DNA from: Candidatus Versatilivorator sp.
GTDB lineage: Bacteria > Acidobacteriota > Terriglobia > Versatilivoradales > Versatilivoraceae
Direction of reading: 5' to 3'
Length of the DNA stretch: 64,000 nucleotides
NCBI GenBank assembly: GCA_965207735.1
Contig: OZ242296.1
Coordinates: 1,120,001-1,184,000 of the forward strand
The position numbers were made by a program, and so were the translations under genes. The first letter of the stretch is position 1, and every line of letters begins with the position of its first letter. Shown one piece after another: positions 9,981-19,460 of the stretch. The notes under the pieces are model-generated. The model was not told where the DNA came from. It made no database searches and saw only the letters and a list, made by a program, of their open reading frames with translations.

Positions 9981-10622
9981 TCAACTATTATCGCTGAGAA
10001 CAGGACTCGTGTTGGTGATCGTGTAGTCTTCCGGAATCGCAAAGACCGACGCACTCGGTTCCCCCTGCCGGAAGTCGAAGAATTCCACGATCCGACGGGT
10101 CCCACCAGGAAGGGTGAAGTCTGTTTTGACGACAAGCTGCAGGTCCTCGGAAAACCAGGAGGACGAACCGGGCGCCAACTGGCCATTCACGAAGACCGGC
10201 TTGCCCACGCACTCCACGCCATTGATGACTCGTCTGCCCAGGGTTTCCGATTCCGGTGGAACCCTGTAGGGAGAGGGCAGGAGCGGAAGCGGCAACTTTC
10301 TCATGAGCCGTGCGGTCTTCCGATCATGATTGATGAGATACACGTTGCCGGTGGCGGCATCCTTGAAATGCGCTCGTCCCTTCGGCTGTCCATCCTCGAC
10401 GCTGATCCGGGACCTCATCTCCGAACCTAAAGAAGCACGAAACAGCACACCGTTGGCCTCTTCCAGCAGTTCCTCCGAACCATCCGGCAGCGTTCGATAA
10501 GTAAGCTCTTTGAATTGAGCTGTTACGGGGAGCCACTGTCCTCGCAGCATCAGGGGAACGGTCAACCCGAAAGCAAGTGTGACGCAAACCGGCAGCAATC
10601 GGCTATTTGTCTTCCTATTCAT
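9981..10622 (-). CDS. Exported hypothetical protein
   Basis: GGAGG RBS, signal-like N-terminus, LGRRVINGVEC.G and EPSASVFAIPEDY motifs. Confidence 0.7.
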   Translation of the reverse strand: MNRKTNSRLLPVCVTLAFGLTVPLMLRGQWLPVTAQFKELTYRTLPDGSEELLEEANGVLFRASLGSEMRSRISVEDGQPKGRAHFKDAATGNVYLINHDRKTARLMRKLPLPLLPSPYRVPPESETLGRRVINGVECVGKPVFVNGQLAPGSSSWFSEDLQLVVKTDFTLPGGTRRIVEFFDFRQGEPSASVFAIPEDYTITNTSPVLSDNS

Positions 10623-10959
10623 CGTTTCACCTCCAAAGGCTCTAACGTTCCCGATAGAGAGTGATCCGTAGTCCCAACAGCGACTGAAGGGAAAACTGAT
10701 TTTCAGAATAAGGAGCTTAATCTATAGTTGAACCATATTTATAACCTCAAATGTAGTATACGTCAATACTCTTCTACCGGTGCGACGATTTCAATTGTCC
10801 TTGATGGAACGATGCCCCTGGAAAAACACACGTCGTGTTGCAGGGAAAAGCAGTCTTCGCGAGTGGAGGGAGCGACCTTTTTTGTCCGTTGGTGCGGCAC
10901 GAAACGAGGTTAACCGGCGCACGTAATGGCGCATGACTAACCCCGCCTCCGGGTTTCGG

Positions 10960-11104
10960 TTCCCGCCAGTCAGGTAGCTTGACCAATCGTTCATGAGCCG
11001 GCGCCGGCGTTCGAACAGGTCCGAGCGGACATAGGCCGCCTCGACCCGGTTGCGAACCACATGCGCCAGGGCTGCCTCGATCACTTCCCGGGGATGGTCG
11101 GTCT
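10960..11104 (-). pseudogene. Orphan 3' fragment of a P4-like integrase starting at the TDHP codons
   Basis: KTDHPREVIEAALAHVVRNRVEAAYVRSDLFERRRRLMNDWSSYL; integrase similarity stops abruptly at GGGGATGGTCGGTCT (11090-11104). Confidence 0.85.
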
Positions 11105-11203
11105 TTAGCCACGCTCTAGCCACTCGAGGATACGGGTAACGGTCCTGTTCCCCGCAGACGGAGGAATGAATCGGAGCAAGAAACAGGCTCACCCAATGAC
11201 CGA

Positions 11204-11630
11204 GGAACGATCGACGATTTCCGCTTCTGGGGGTCAAGCAGGTGGCGTTAGATGGGCCGCCACCTTTCCGACGGGGGGGTGGCGGTCTAACATGGCGGTG
11301 ATCCTGATACGGACAACGCCTCTCTCTCAGAGGGCAGAGACCTCGCCGTTGTGGTTGGAGGCATTCCCGAAGCGCCGCACCGGACGCGGAACGACAAGCA
11401 TTTTCGGCGTCCGCTGTGGAAAAGCGAAGCGAGGCTGCGCTTCGCGGGTCCCCCTCCCGCCCGGCGTAACGGCGCGCCGCACGAGAGGGAAGAAAGTGGT
11501 GAGAGCGACCCCGCCCTTTTGACCGCTAGTGCACCACGGGGGCGGACAAAGGTGGCGGCCAAGGTGGCGGTCCTTTGCCCCCCGTGCGGGGAGGTCGCTC
11601 TCACCGCAGTCATCCCTGGCGGGAAGGCCG
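11204..11630 (+). repeat. Conserved non-coding module, copy C (CCGCCACC octamers, 13-bp inverted repeat)
   Basis: Colinear similarity to 13897-14317 (reverse) and to 20791-20889 plus 22592-22936; IR at 11498-11510/11593-11605. Confidence 0.75.
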
Positions 11631-11698
11631 GAAGGCGAAAGACCTGGACCCGGAATGTCCTGCTCAACCTGGATTTGATTGCCGCCGGACTTTGCGCT

Positions 11699-12979
11699 TA
11701 GTGCATCACTCCAAAAATGCGATGATGTATTCGGTCAGGCCTAGGCAGCGGCAGTGTGAACCTCCAGAGCTTGGATTTTTTTGAGAAGCTTGTGGAGGTG
11801 ACGGCGCGTGAACTTCCATTGGAAAGGACTGGCGGCCTGCTCGTAGTGCTGTTGAAATCGAAGGAGGCGATCGGCGATTTCAGCGGTGGATTCAAAGTGG
11901 TTGGGTGTGAGGACCTTTCTCTGAATCACCGAGAAATAGATTTCTATCTGGTTCAACCAACTGGCATGGACCGGCGTGTGAAGAGGAACAATGTTCGGCC
12001 ATTGGGCCATCAGCCGGCGGTTACTGCGCTGGCCCCGATGGGAGGAGCCGTTGTCCATGATCCAGAACACGCGGCGAGCCGAACGATAGGGTTCCTCGGA
12101 CATGACCTGGGAGACCAAACGCTGGAAGGGCGCAATGCCAGTGGTGTGCTCACATCGTCCGAAGATCCTGGCGCGCCGAACATCCCAGGCTGCCAAGTAG
12201 GCAAGGGCGCCGCGCCGGGCATAGGCATGTTCGACGCGCATGGCGTGGCGCGGCGCCGGAGGGAGGCTCGGATGTTCCCGCCGGCGGGCTTGGATGCTGG
12301 TCTTTTCGTCGGTCGACACCACGCAATCGGCATCGCTGAGGGGGCGTCCCTTCCAGATGCCTTCATAGAGATCCAAGATGGGGCCGGCCTTCTGGGCAAA
12401 GTGGGGATCTCGGGGAAAAATCCAGCTTCGGTGAAACCAAGGCCGAATCGCATCCTGTGACAACCATCGCCAGATCGTGGTCTCTCCGATCGAAGCGACC
12501 AGTCCCCGACCAATGACCTCACGCTGTATCTCCGCCATGCTGAAGCGGGACAGCGGCAGACCATAGGTATGAGGCAACTCACAGGCCAGCGACTTCACTT
12601 CAACGACCACTTCGGGGGGGAAAGCGAGGCGGCCGGCCTCTGCGGGGAGCCTCCTCCAACCCGGCCAGACGATATTGGAAGAAACGTTTGCGCCACTTAC
12701 ACACGATCTGGGCCGACGTATCCAGTCGGGTTGCGATGTCTTTGTTGTCGAATCCCTGGGAGGCGTAGAGAACGATCTTGGCCCTAATAACATCAATATA
12801 CGATGATGTATATTTACGCGCCTTTGCCTCCAGAATTCTTTTTTCGGAATCGGTAAGAATGATCCTGAATGGGCTTGTCTTTGGCATAGAATTCTCCCTC
12901 CCCTCGGGAAGAATCCTATCCCATTATGCTTAATACCGCCAGACTTATATATCATCGTATTTATGAAATGGACTACTTA
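11699..12979 (-). mobile_element. IS630-family insertion sequence
   Basis: Imperfect terminal IRs (CTTAGTGCATCACTCCAAAAATGCGATG vs CTAAGTAGTCCATTTCATAAATACGATG), TA at both ends, DDE transposase. Confidence 0.85.
11741..12887 (-). CDS. IS630 transposase in two frames, probably joined by frameshift at TTTCCCCCCC (~12614-12623)
   Basis: ORF A (12600-12887) is an HTH ending RRGRPPRF; ORF B has STDEKTSIQ, IMDNGSSH, SWLNQIEIYFS. Confidence 0.88.
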
Positions 12980-13003
12980 GCTCCCGCCTTGGTCGGCGCC
13001 TCC

Positions 13004-13173
13004 CTAATCTGCGGGTTGCGGATCGTCCCCCGGCTCTTGGGCCAGGTAACGTGCCCAGTCCTCCATCAGGACACGCCGGCGGTCGAACAGGTCGGAGCGG
13101 GCATAGGCCGCCTCGACCCGGTTGCGAACCACATGCGCCAGGGCCGCCTCGATCACCTCCCGGGGATGGTCGG
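13004..13173 (-). pseudogene. 3' part of split integrase int3, containing the catalytic His and Tyr
   Basis: DHPREVIEAALAHVVRNRVEAAYARSDLFDRRRVLMEDWARYLAQEPGDDPQPAD*; joins in frame to 24320-25394 through the shared 12-mer. Confidence 0.85.
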
Positions 13174-13257
13174 ACCGCTGAAAAATTTAGATAAAGTATT
13201 TATTACAATATACTTATACCTCATGGGCTGGCTTGTGGTCTCCCAATAGGTCACCCT
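13162..13257. other. Putative attL: core, AT-rich tract and arm-type site
   Basis: Core 13162-13173, AT-rich tract ~13180-13217, GTCTCCC and GTCACCC repeats at 13238 and 13250. Confidence 0.7.
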
Positions 13258-13582
13258 CTATCAAGGTGGTCTCGGAATCCGTTTTGGTGCAGAAAACCCG
13301 GGTAACTGTTCGGTCAAGCTGTGGGGTCCATCCGCCGTCCGGGGGAGGCGTAGCGAGCAGAACCGGCGGATCGCCCGTGATTGCAGGCACCTCCAACCTC
13401 GTCCGGATCCAAGCCAGCACGGCCTGACCGAACAGTTACAAAACCTAACAGCTGACGCTACCGGGGATTTGAGGTGAGGACGTACAATCGGATCAGATGA
13501 CCATACAGCGCTTCCGGGCCATGGGGAAGACCTATTCTCGATGAAGTGTTGGGCTTTCGGCCCGACTTCATTGAGCATCAGC

Positions 13583-13806
13583 CTAGCCGGGGTCCATCCA
13601 GGGATGGGTTCGAGGGGCGCGGGCCTGACCGGTGTCGGCCAGTTCATTCGCATCCGTGGGAGCGGCACCGCGCTCGCGGTCGAGGGCCTCATCAATGAGG
13701 GCGGCAGCCGGGAGCCGAGGTTGAGGTGCCGCCGGGTGCGGAGGCGCTGGAGGCGTTGACAGGTCTCGGAAGAGACGCGGATACGAAGTGGAACACGGTG
13801 CAACAT
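13583..13806 (-). pseudogene. Frameshifted RHH-like small gene remnant
   Basis: VPLRIRVSSETCQRLQRLR in one frame continues as AALIDEALDRE in another. Confidence 0.35.
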
Positions 13807-13896
13807 AAGATACACGACAACACATAAAGCAACAATCAGGTTACGAAGCTACACGGGGCGACACTCAACCACCATAAGCGCGCAACGGCGCTCGAT

Positions 13897-14317
13897 GGCC
13901 TTCCCGCCAGGGATCACTGTTGAGAGAGCGACCTCCCCAAAAGGGGGGCAAAGGGCCGACACCTTTGCCGACACCTTTTCCCGCGCCCGTGGCGCACCAG
14001 CGGGGAAAAAGGGGGGGTCGCTCTCTCCACCAGCACCCCTCTCGTGCGGCGCGCCGTTTCGCCGGGCGAGGGGGGGACACGCGAGGCGCAGCCTCGCTTC
14101 GCCTTTTCGCAGCGGACGCGGGAAATCCGTGTTGTTCCGCGTCTGATGAGGCGTTTCGGGAAAGTCACGAACCACAACGGCGAGGGAGCGCCCTCTGAGA
14201 GAAAGACGTTGTACGTAGCAGGATCTCCGACATGTTAGTCCGACACCCCCCCTTCGGAAAGGTGTCGGCCCATCTGACGACACCGCCTTGACCCCCAGAG
14301 TCGGAAATCGTCGATCA
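13897..14317 (-). repeat. Conserved non-coding module, copy B (CCGACACC octamers)
   Basis: Reverse homologue of 11204-11630; IR at 13922-13933/14016-14027; GGCCGACACCTTT at 13954 and its complement at 14258. Confidence 0.75.
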
Positions 14318-14631
14318 TTTCGCGGCCGGTGGAGGTTGGCGTTTCCTGGTCCCATTGGTCGATCTTCTCCATGACGACACTGAGGCCGGCGTGGCGTTCG
14401 ACGGTGTCCTGTCCCCTGAATCCGCGAGCTTTGCCGGGCAGGCTGGACTTTCTCACTCTCTGGCATACCAGAACTCCCCGAAACGCCTCCTGGACCGATT
14501 CCGCTCTCAGAGACCGCAGGTCTCGCCGCCTGTGGGGAAATCGGAATGGCCGGCCCCGACAGTGAACCGCACTGGGGCGTGGTCGCAATTCGGTCTCGGC
14601 CAACCGTCCCTCCACCTGCACCCCTCTCGCA

Positions 14632-15715
14632 CGGCGCGCCGCCGCGCGAGGCGGGGACAGCGGGGCCGGCGCCGCACCGCGTAGTGCCGGGGAGCCAGCC
14701 TACCCAAGTAGAGTCGAGGACTGGCGCGTTGACTATAGGGTCCGGTGGCTATTCCGTCGCTTTCGCTTCGGGCCTCAGTCCGGCTCCCCTATCACGTTTC
14801 CAGTCCCCGCTCTCCGAACCGGACGTGCGGTTTTCCCGCGTCTCGGCTCTCCAGTGGGATCATGCATCTCGCACACAGGTCCCCGGTCGCATTCGTGGAC
14901 GACTCCTGCGGGATTGGCACCCTCCCCTACTCCATCCACTTCCGCTCCCGGGTTGCCGCCAGGCCTGTTGACGCCCTGACGACGCCGGCGTCCTCCGCCG
15001 ACCCCTTCACTTTTGGATGTGATGCTTCCGGAGTCTCCGGTCCTTTTGCCGGGGTTTCAGGCTTTCGCCACTCCCGAGACCCTTCCCCCTTCGGTCACCG
15101 CTCCTCACCTGAGGCCCCTTCCCTCCACGGGCGTTACCCCGCTTCTCCAGTACTACAGGCCTCTCCGCCACCCTGCAGGCCCGGCCTGCCCCTCGCGGGG
15201 TCCCGGTTGATGTGTGCCACATCTCCCCCAGGGCTTCCCGTGTTGCCACCTTCTTCCCCTTCCATGCGTGCCAGCGTCATTACCCCGACGGAAACGGATC
15301 GGTGCCCGCGTCGCTCACTTCCCCATCCGCCAACGGCCTTCCCCTAATTACAGGAGGGTCGGCTTCCGTATCGCCCTGTTTCGAGGCCTGCTCGACGTTC
15401 ACTCGCGTTCCGGCCCGCATGGTCGCTGAACCGCCTCAGAGCGGCCCTTTGTCACCAGAGTGCTTCAGACCATTTCGTTACCTCCATGATCCGCCCTGGC
15501 TGCTACCAACCGGAGCGACAGTTGTTGGGCGGGGTTCGCACCCGCCGGAAGAAGGCGCCTTTCCACGGCGCACTGTAATACATTGGGGCTGGCGAGGGGC
15601 TCCGGCCCCTGCGAACCCCCGACCCGGCGGGAGCGCTCCCCTGGCCCCCCCATCACCCCCGCCGCTCCCTTCTCCCTCTCCCATGACGGAGGCCTCGATG
15701 GCGCCAGAAGCGACG
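14632..15715. other. Second oriT-like region interrupted by a group II intron and followed by a few-codon mobC stub
   Basis: 14632-14707 plus 15574-15715 closely match 1181-1395, including CCTCGATGGCG at the mobC start. Confidence 0.7.
14708..15573 (-). ncRNA. ORF-less group II intron (866 nt)
   Basis: 5' end GTGCG, 3' end CTCTAC; domain V GAGCCG-AGAC-GCGG-GAAAA-CCGC-AC-GTC-CGGTTC (~14816-14850); EBS1 UGUAAU (15347-15352) complementary to IBS1 AUUACA; precise insertion without target duplication compared with the empty site at 1259/1260. Confidence 0.92.
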
Positions 15716-15727
15716 GGGAAGTTTTCG

Positions 15728-16094
15728 ACCACAACGGCGAGGGGGGCGCCCTCTGAGAGAAAAGCGTTGGGGGTGGTGAAGTCACGCGCCACCCCTGTGC
15801 GCCACCAGGGCTTTTTGGGTGGCGCGTTGGTCCGACTCCACCGCCTTGACTCCCAGAGGCGGAAATCGTCGATCAGTCCTCGGCCGTTCGAGGCCGGGTT
15901 CTCCTGCTCCCATTGGACGATCTTCTCCATGACGACATCGACGCTGGCGTGGCGTTCGATGGTGTCCTGACCCCCCTGAATCCGCGAGATTTGCCGGGCA
16001 GGCTGCCATTTCCAAGCCCCTGGCATGCCAGAGCATCCCGGAACCCGTTCCTGGACCGATGTTCCTCTCAGGGACCGCAGGTCCCGCCGCCTGT
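15728..16094. repeat. Diverged direct repeat of 14171-14533 (GCGCCACC octamers)
   Basis: Shared blocks ACCACAACGGCGAGGG, CCGCCTTGAC.CCCAGAG, GATCTTCTCCATGACGAC, CTGAATCCGCGAG, GACCGCAGGTC. Confidence 0.8.
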
Positions 16095-16295
16095 CGCTCC
16101 CCTCGAAATATTCCCTGGCGCAAGGCCAACGCGCCGCTGGCGGTGCGAAGACCAATTACTGCCGTCGTTGCGGACGCCTGTGGTGAGCGGGCATTAGTCT
16201 GTATGATAGGCTCGTTCTCGTCGACGGACGTTCGCTCGCTCGTCATCAAAGTCGGTGAAGCGGCGGTCGCCACCTAGCTCTTCCACGTCTCAACG

Positions 16296-16868
16296 ATGCC
16301 AAAGCCACCGGGAGACAATTCCTCGCTTCGCGAACACTTCGCCTGGACCTATGGGACGCTCGCCATGGTCCACGCCGCTGTCAAGGACGGCAAGACCCGC
16401 TACAAGCCGGTGCACTTCATCATCCGCGGTCGGTTCCGGCACGGATTCCTGTCCGGCACAATGCGGATGCGCCCGCTGCACGACGACGAGAAGACCAAAA
16501 TCGCTCACGCGACAACGTGCTGCTACTGCGGTCGCGAGGCAAAGCTCTCATTGGATCATCTGATCCCTAAACTCAAGGGCGGACCCGACGCCGCCGACAA
16601 CATCACCTACGCATGCAGAAGCTGTAACTCGTCCAAGGGATCGAAGGACATGGTGCTCTGGCTCGTGTCGAAGGGCCGATTTCCTGCGATCCTGGTCCTT
16701 CGCCGGTACCTCAAGCTGGCGGCTCGCTGGTGCGAGGACGCGAAGCTAATGGAAGCGTCATGGGCTGACGTCCCTGACGCCTCACTGCCGTTCGACAAGC
16801 GGTCCCTAAGAGTTAAGTGGCCGGAACTGTCCGTACACCGGTTGTGGCCTGACCCGCCGGAGCCATGA
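16296..16868 (+). CDS. HNH endonuclease
   Basis: CCYCG..LSLDHLIP..GG.D..DN....CRSCNSSKG. Confidence 0.88.
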   Translation: MPKPPGDNSSLREHFAWTYGTLAMVHAAVKDGKTRYKPVHFIIRGRFRHGFLSGTMRMRPLHDDEKTKIAHATTCCYCGREAKLSLDHLIPKLKGGPDAADNITYACRSCNSSKGSKDMVLWLVSKGRFPAILVLRRYLKLAARWCEDAKLMEASWADVPDASLPFDKRSLRVKWPELSVHRLWPDPPEP

Positions 16869-17021
16869 GCCGTCGTCGGCGACTAGCGCCTGATGCTGCT
16901 GGACGACGTAGGGTTGATGGACGATGGTACTCGTCGCCGCAGGCAATCGGGTTCGACGAGCAGAGCTGTGGGGAGGACTTGCCGTGGCGCTCGTGCGACG
17001 CCACGGCGAACAATCGCCCCG

Positions 17022-17303
17022 TCATGCAGCACGTTCAGTTGTGCAAGCGTTGCTCCTCTGCTTGGCTCTACGGCCGTCGGTAACTCGTTCGTCGGTGAAC
17101 GGCCGGGACGAGACCCGGCAATTGAGCAGGGATTTAGCGCGTCGCCGGACGTAGAAGCGGTTGGCTCCCTGCAGGTAGAAGGCGAGCTGGTCTCGGGTGA
17201 ACAGGCCCGAGTGCAGGCCGACCAGCGTGATCCACTCGGCCTGTTGCCGGCGGAAGCCAAGAGGTTCCAGCAGTTTTTCGCGTCCCTTCAGGTGGGCAAT
17301 CAT
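17022..17303 (-). pseudogene. Probable truncated element-associated hypothetical protein
   Basis: Plausible N-terminus (MIAHLKGRE..LEPLG...QAEWITLVGLHSGLFTR.Q) that decays into low-quality sequence. Confidence 0.4.
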
Positions 17304-17781
17304 GGTTTCCCTGGTCCTGGTCCTGGTCCTTGTCCTGGGCGTGGGGCCTCCATGCCGGCAGACTCAAGCTTGCTGAAAGCTCTCAGCGTGTCGAAGAGGG
17401 CGGTGGTCCGAGTGTTGTCCCATGCTTGGAGACCGGCACACACACTCTCTCAGAGGTGCACCCCCCCTTCTGTGGAGTCGGTCCGTGGGGAGGTGAGCTA
17501 TATGAGGTTATCAGCTGGCCAGGACAAAGACGTGAAGCGGACGCGAGACAAGGACGGATGGTTTTCCATGAGGGGAGTTTTCTCCGGACAATGCGGACCG
17601 GAGCAAGAATTCCAGAAGACCTCCCCTCAGGCAAGGAAAACGTGCACGCCGCTTGCGGCGGAGTCGAATGCCCCCAACCCCCTCCCAAAACACAACGGAC
17701 AGAGATTTTGGACACCTCACGGGATTCACCTTACAATGGCTCCTGCGCTTTCCTGGAGAACAGGACCACATCGGCCGAAAA

Positions 17782-18474
17782 ATGGAAAAACGGAGGAGAT
17801 CCGGGATATTTGGCTGGAGTGCGTTCCACGGCTGGATGTCATTCGACAAGCTGGACGAGGGCGACGGCTTGACGAGAGCGTTCACGATCGGCTACCGCTT
17901 GACCGATGATCGCGACGACCCATGGACGGCTCGGTTCAATGCGTTCAAGGACAAGGAACGTGCGGCCCTCCGCGGCGCGGCGGCAATGATGCAGGATGCC
18001 GTCCCCGTTCTCGTCAGGGGTCTTGGACTCGAAATCTCGAAGACCGTCTTCATCCCGGCGTTATCATCAGGGGAGACGGTCGCGTCCCCCTCCGGCGTAT
18101 TGTGGCGCTTGACACAGCACTGCGCCAAATATGCGGCGGTGGAATTCTCGGGCGACAGGATCACGAAAAAGGCGCACGAGAAACTCCACATGTACTCCGA
18201 TGCTACCAGAAGGCGAGCTGTTCTTGCCGCCGCCGATTTCAGGTCGAAAGAGGTACACGCCGAAAACGTCCTGATTCTCGACGACTTCATCACACGCGGC
18301 ACCACAATGTCGCACATCGCAGGAGCCATTCTGAGACGGAATCGCGGGCTCAGGATCTTCGCCGTCGCGCTCGGAAAGACGGAACGTCGTAGCTACTGGC
18401 GGGGGTTCGGTAAAGAAATCTCGAATGAGCATGTCTCGCCTAAGTCGGGGAGGAGGTGGATGAATGCGACGTGA
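17782..18474 (+). CDS. Phosphoribosyltransferase-fold protein (ComF-like; resembles the ShosT PRTase domain)
   Basis: PRPP-binding loop NVLILDDFITRGTTM; overlaps the DprA-like gene start. Confidence 0.8.
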   Translation: MEKRRRSGIFGWSAFHGWMSFDKLDEGDGLTRAFTIGYRLTDDRDDPWTARFNAFKDKERAALRGAAAMMQDAVPVLVRGLGLEISKTVFIPALSSGETVASPSGVLWRLTQHCAKYAAVEFSGDRITKKAHEKLHMYSDATRRRAVLAAADFRSKEVHAENVLILDDFITRGTTMSHIAGAILRRNRGLRIFAVALGKTERRSYWRGFGKEISNEHVSPKSGRRWMNAT

Positions 18475-19459
18475 TTTAGCCGGCGCGTCACTGACCGCGG
18501 TCTCGATCCTCGCGCTCATGAAGCTTCAACGCATTGGGCGGAAGACAGCTCTGACGATTGTCGATCGACCGATCAACGAAACAGAACCCAGAAGCTGCCG
18601 CGAAGCCCTGCTGGACCGCATGGTCCGGGCGCGGCTGCCGCGTGTTCAGTCGGCAACAATCTCGGATGCCTGGATGAGAAGCGAGGAACAACTGAACCGA
18701 GGCTCCGAGTTCGGCGTGCACGCAATCTCATTCCACGATGAAGGGTATCCCACCCGTCTGCGGAAGATCCCCGATCCACCGGCCCTGCTGTTCGTGAAGG
18801 GGAACGCGCAGGGCATGAGCACGTCGCGAGCCCTGGCGGTAGTGGGAACCCGCAAGCCAACGCCGGACGGGAAGATGCTGGCTCTGAGATCGGGACGCAT
18901 AGCCGTTCAAAGCGGCTATGCGATCGTCAGCGGCCTCGCTCTTGGATGCGACACGTATGCGCACAAGGGGTGCCTCGAGGCGGAAGGCATCGGCGTAGCG
19001 GTTCTGGCCCACGGATTGGACAGAGTCTGTCCAGCTGCGAATCGCGATCTGGCGGATCGGCTCGTGGAAACCGGAGGCTGCCTGACGAGCGAGTACCCGG
19101 TGGGAATGACGCCGATACGCTCAGCGTTCGCCGATCGCGACCGTATTCAGAGCGGACTGTCCGATGGCGTGCTCGTCATCGAGACGGATATCAGGGGCGG
19201 GACGATGAACACCGTGCGCTCTGCCCTCAAACAGAAACGTGCGCTCGCGTGCATCCACCTCGACCACCTGGAACGCTTTTATTCGGAAGAGACGACCCGA
19301 GGCAATCGAAAACTCGTGCAGCAGGAGGACGCGCGGCCGATTGCGAATCGCACGGCACTCATCGAGTTCCTGAAGGATCTGCGGCAGCCGAATGCGCCGC
19401 AGCCTGATCCAGAGCCCGCGGACACCATCCGCGAGACTCAGATGTCGCTCGGGTTCTAA
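18464..19459 (+). CDS. DprA/Smf-family protein (ShosA-like)
   Basis: YPTRLRKIPDPPALLFVKG, AVVGTRKPT, IVSGLALGCDTYAH, SEYPVG, RDRIQSGLS. Confidence 0.92.
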   Translation: MRRDLAGASLTAVSILALMKLQRIGRKTALTIVDRPINETEPRSCREALLDRMVRARLPRVQSATISDAWMRSEEQLNRGSEFGVHAISFHDEGYPTRLRKIPDPPALLFVKGNAQGMSTSRALAVVGTRKPTPDGKMLALRSGRIAVQSGYAIVSGLALGCDTYAHKGCLEAEGIGVAVLAHGLDRVCPAANRDLADRLVETGGCLTSEYPVGMTPIRSAFADRDRIQSGLSDGVLVIETDIRGGTMNTVRSALKQKRALACIHLDHLERFYSEETTRGNRKLVQQEDARPIANRTALIEFLKDLRQPNAPQPDPEPADTIRETQMSLGF

Positions 19460-19460
19460 G

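Noticed and set aside
14745-15970. ORFs overlapping the intron as a possible intron-encoded RT
   Set aside because: No YADD or other RT motifs; mostly on the wrong strand; Pro/Arg-rich noise.
17310-17338. (CCTGGT)n microsatellite as a phase-variation switch
   Set aside because: Short, imperfect, a multiple of three, and upstream of a probable pseudogene.
17782-19459. ComF plus DprA as competence genes
   Set aside because: Mobile-element context, coupling to a HAD gene and no ComF zinc finger fit a ShosTA-like system better.
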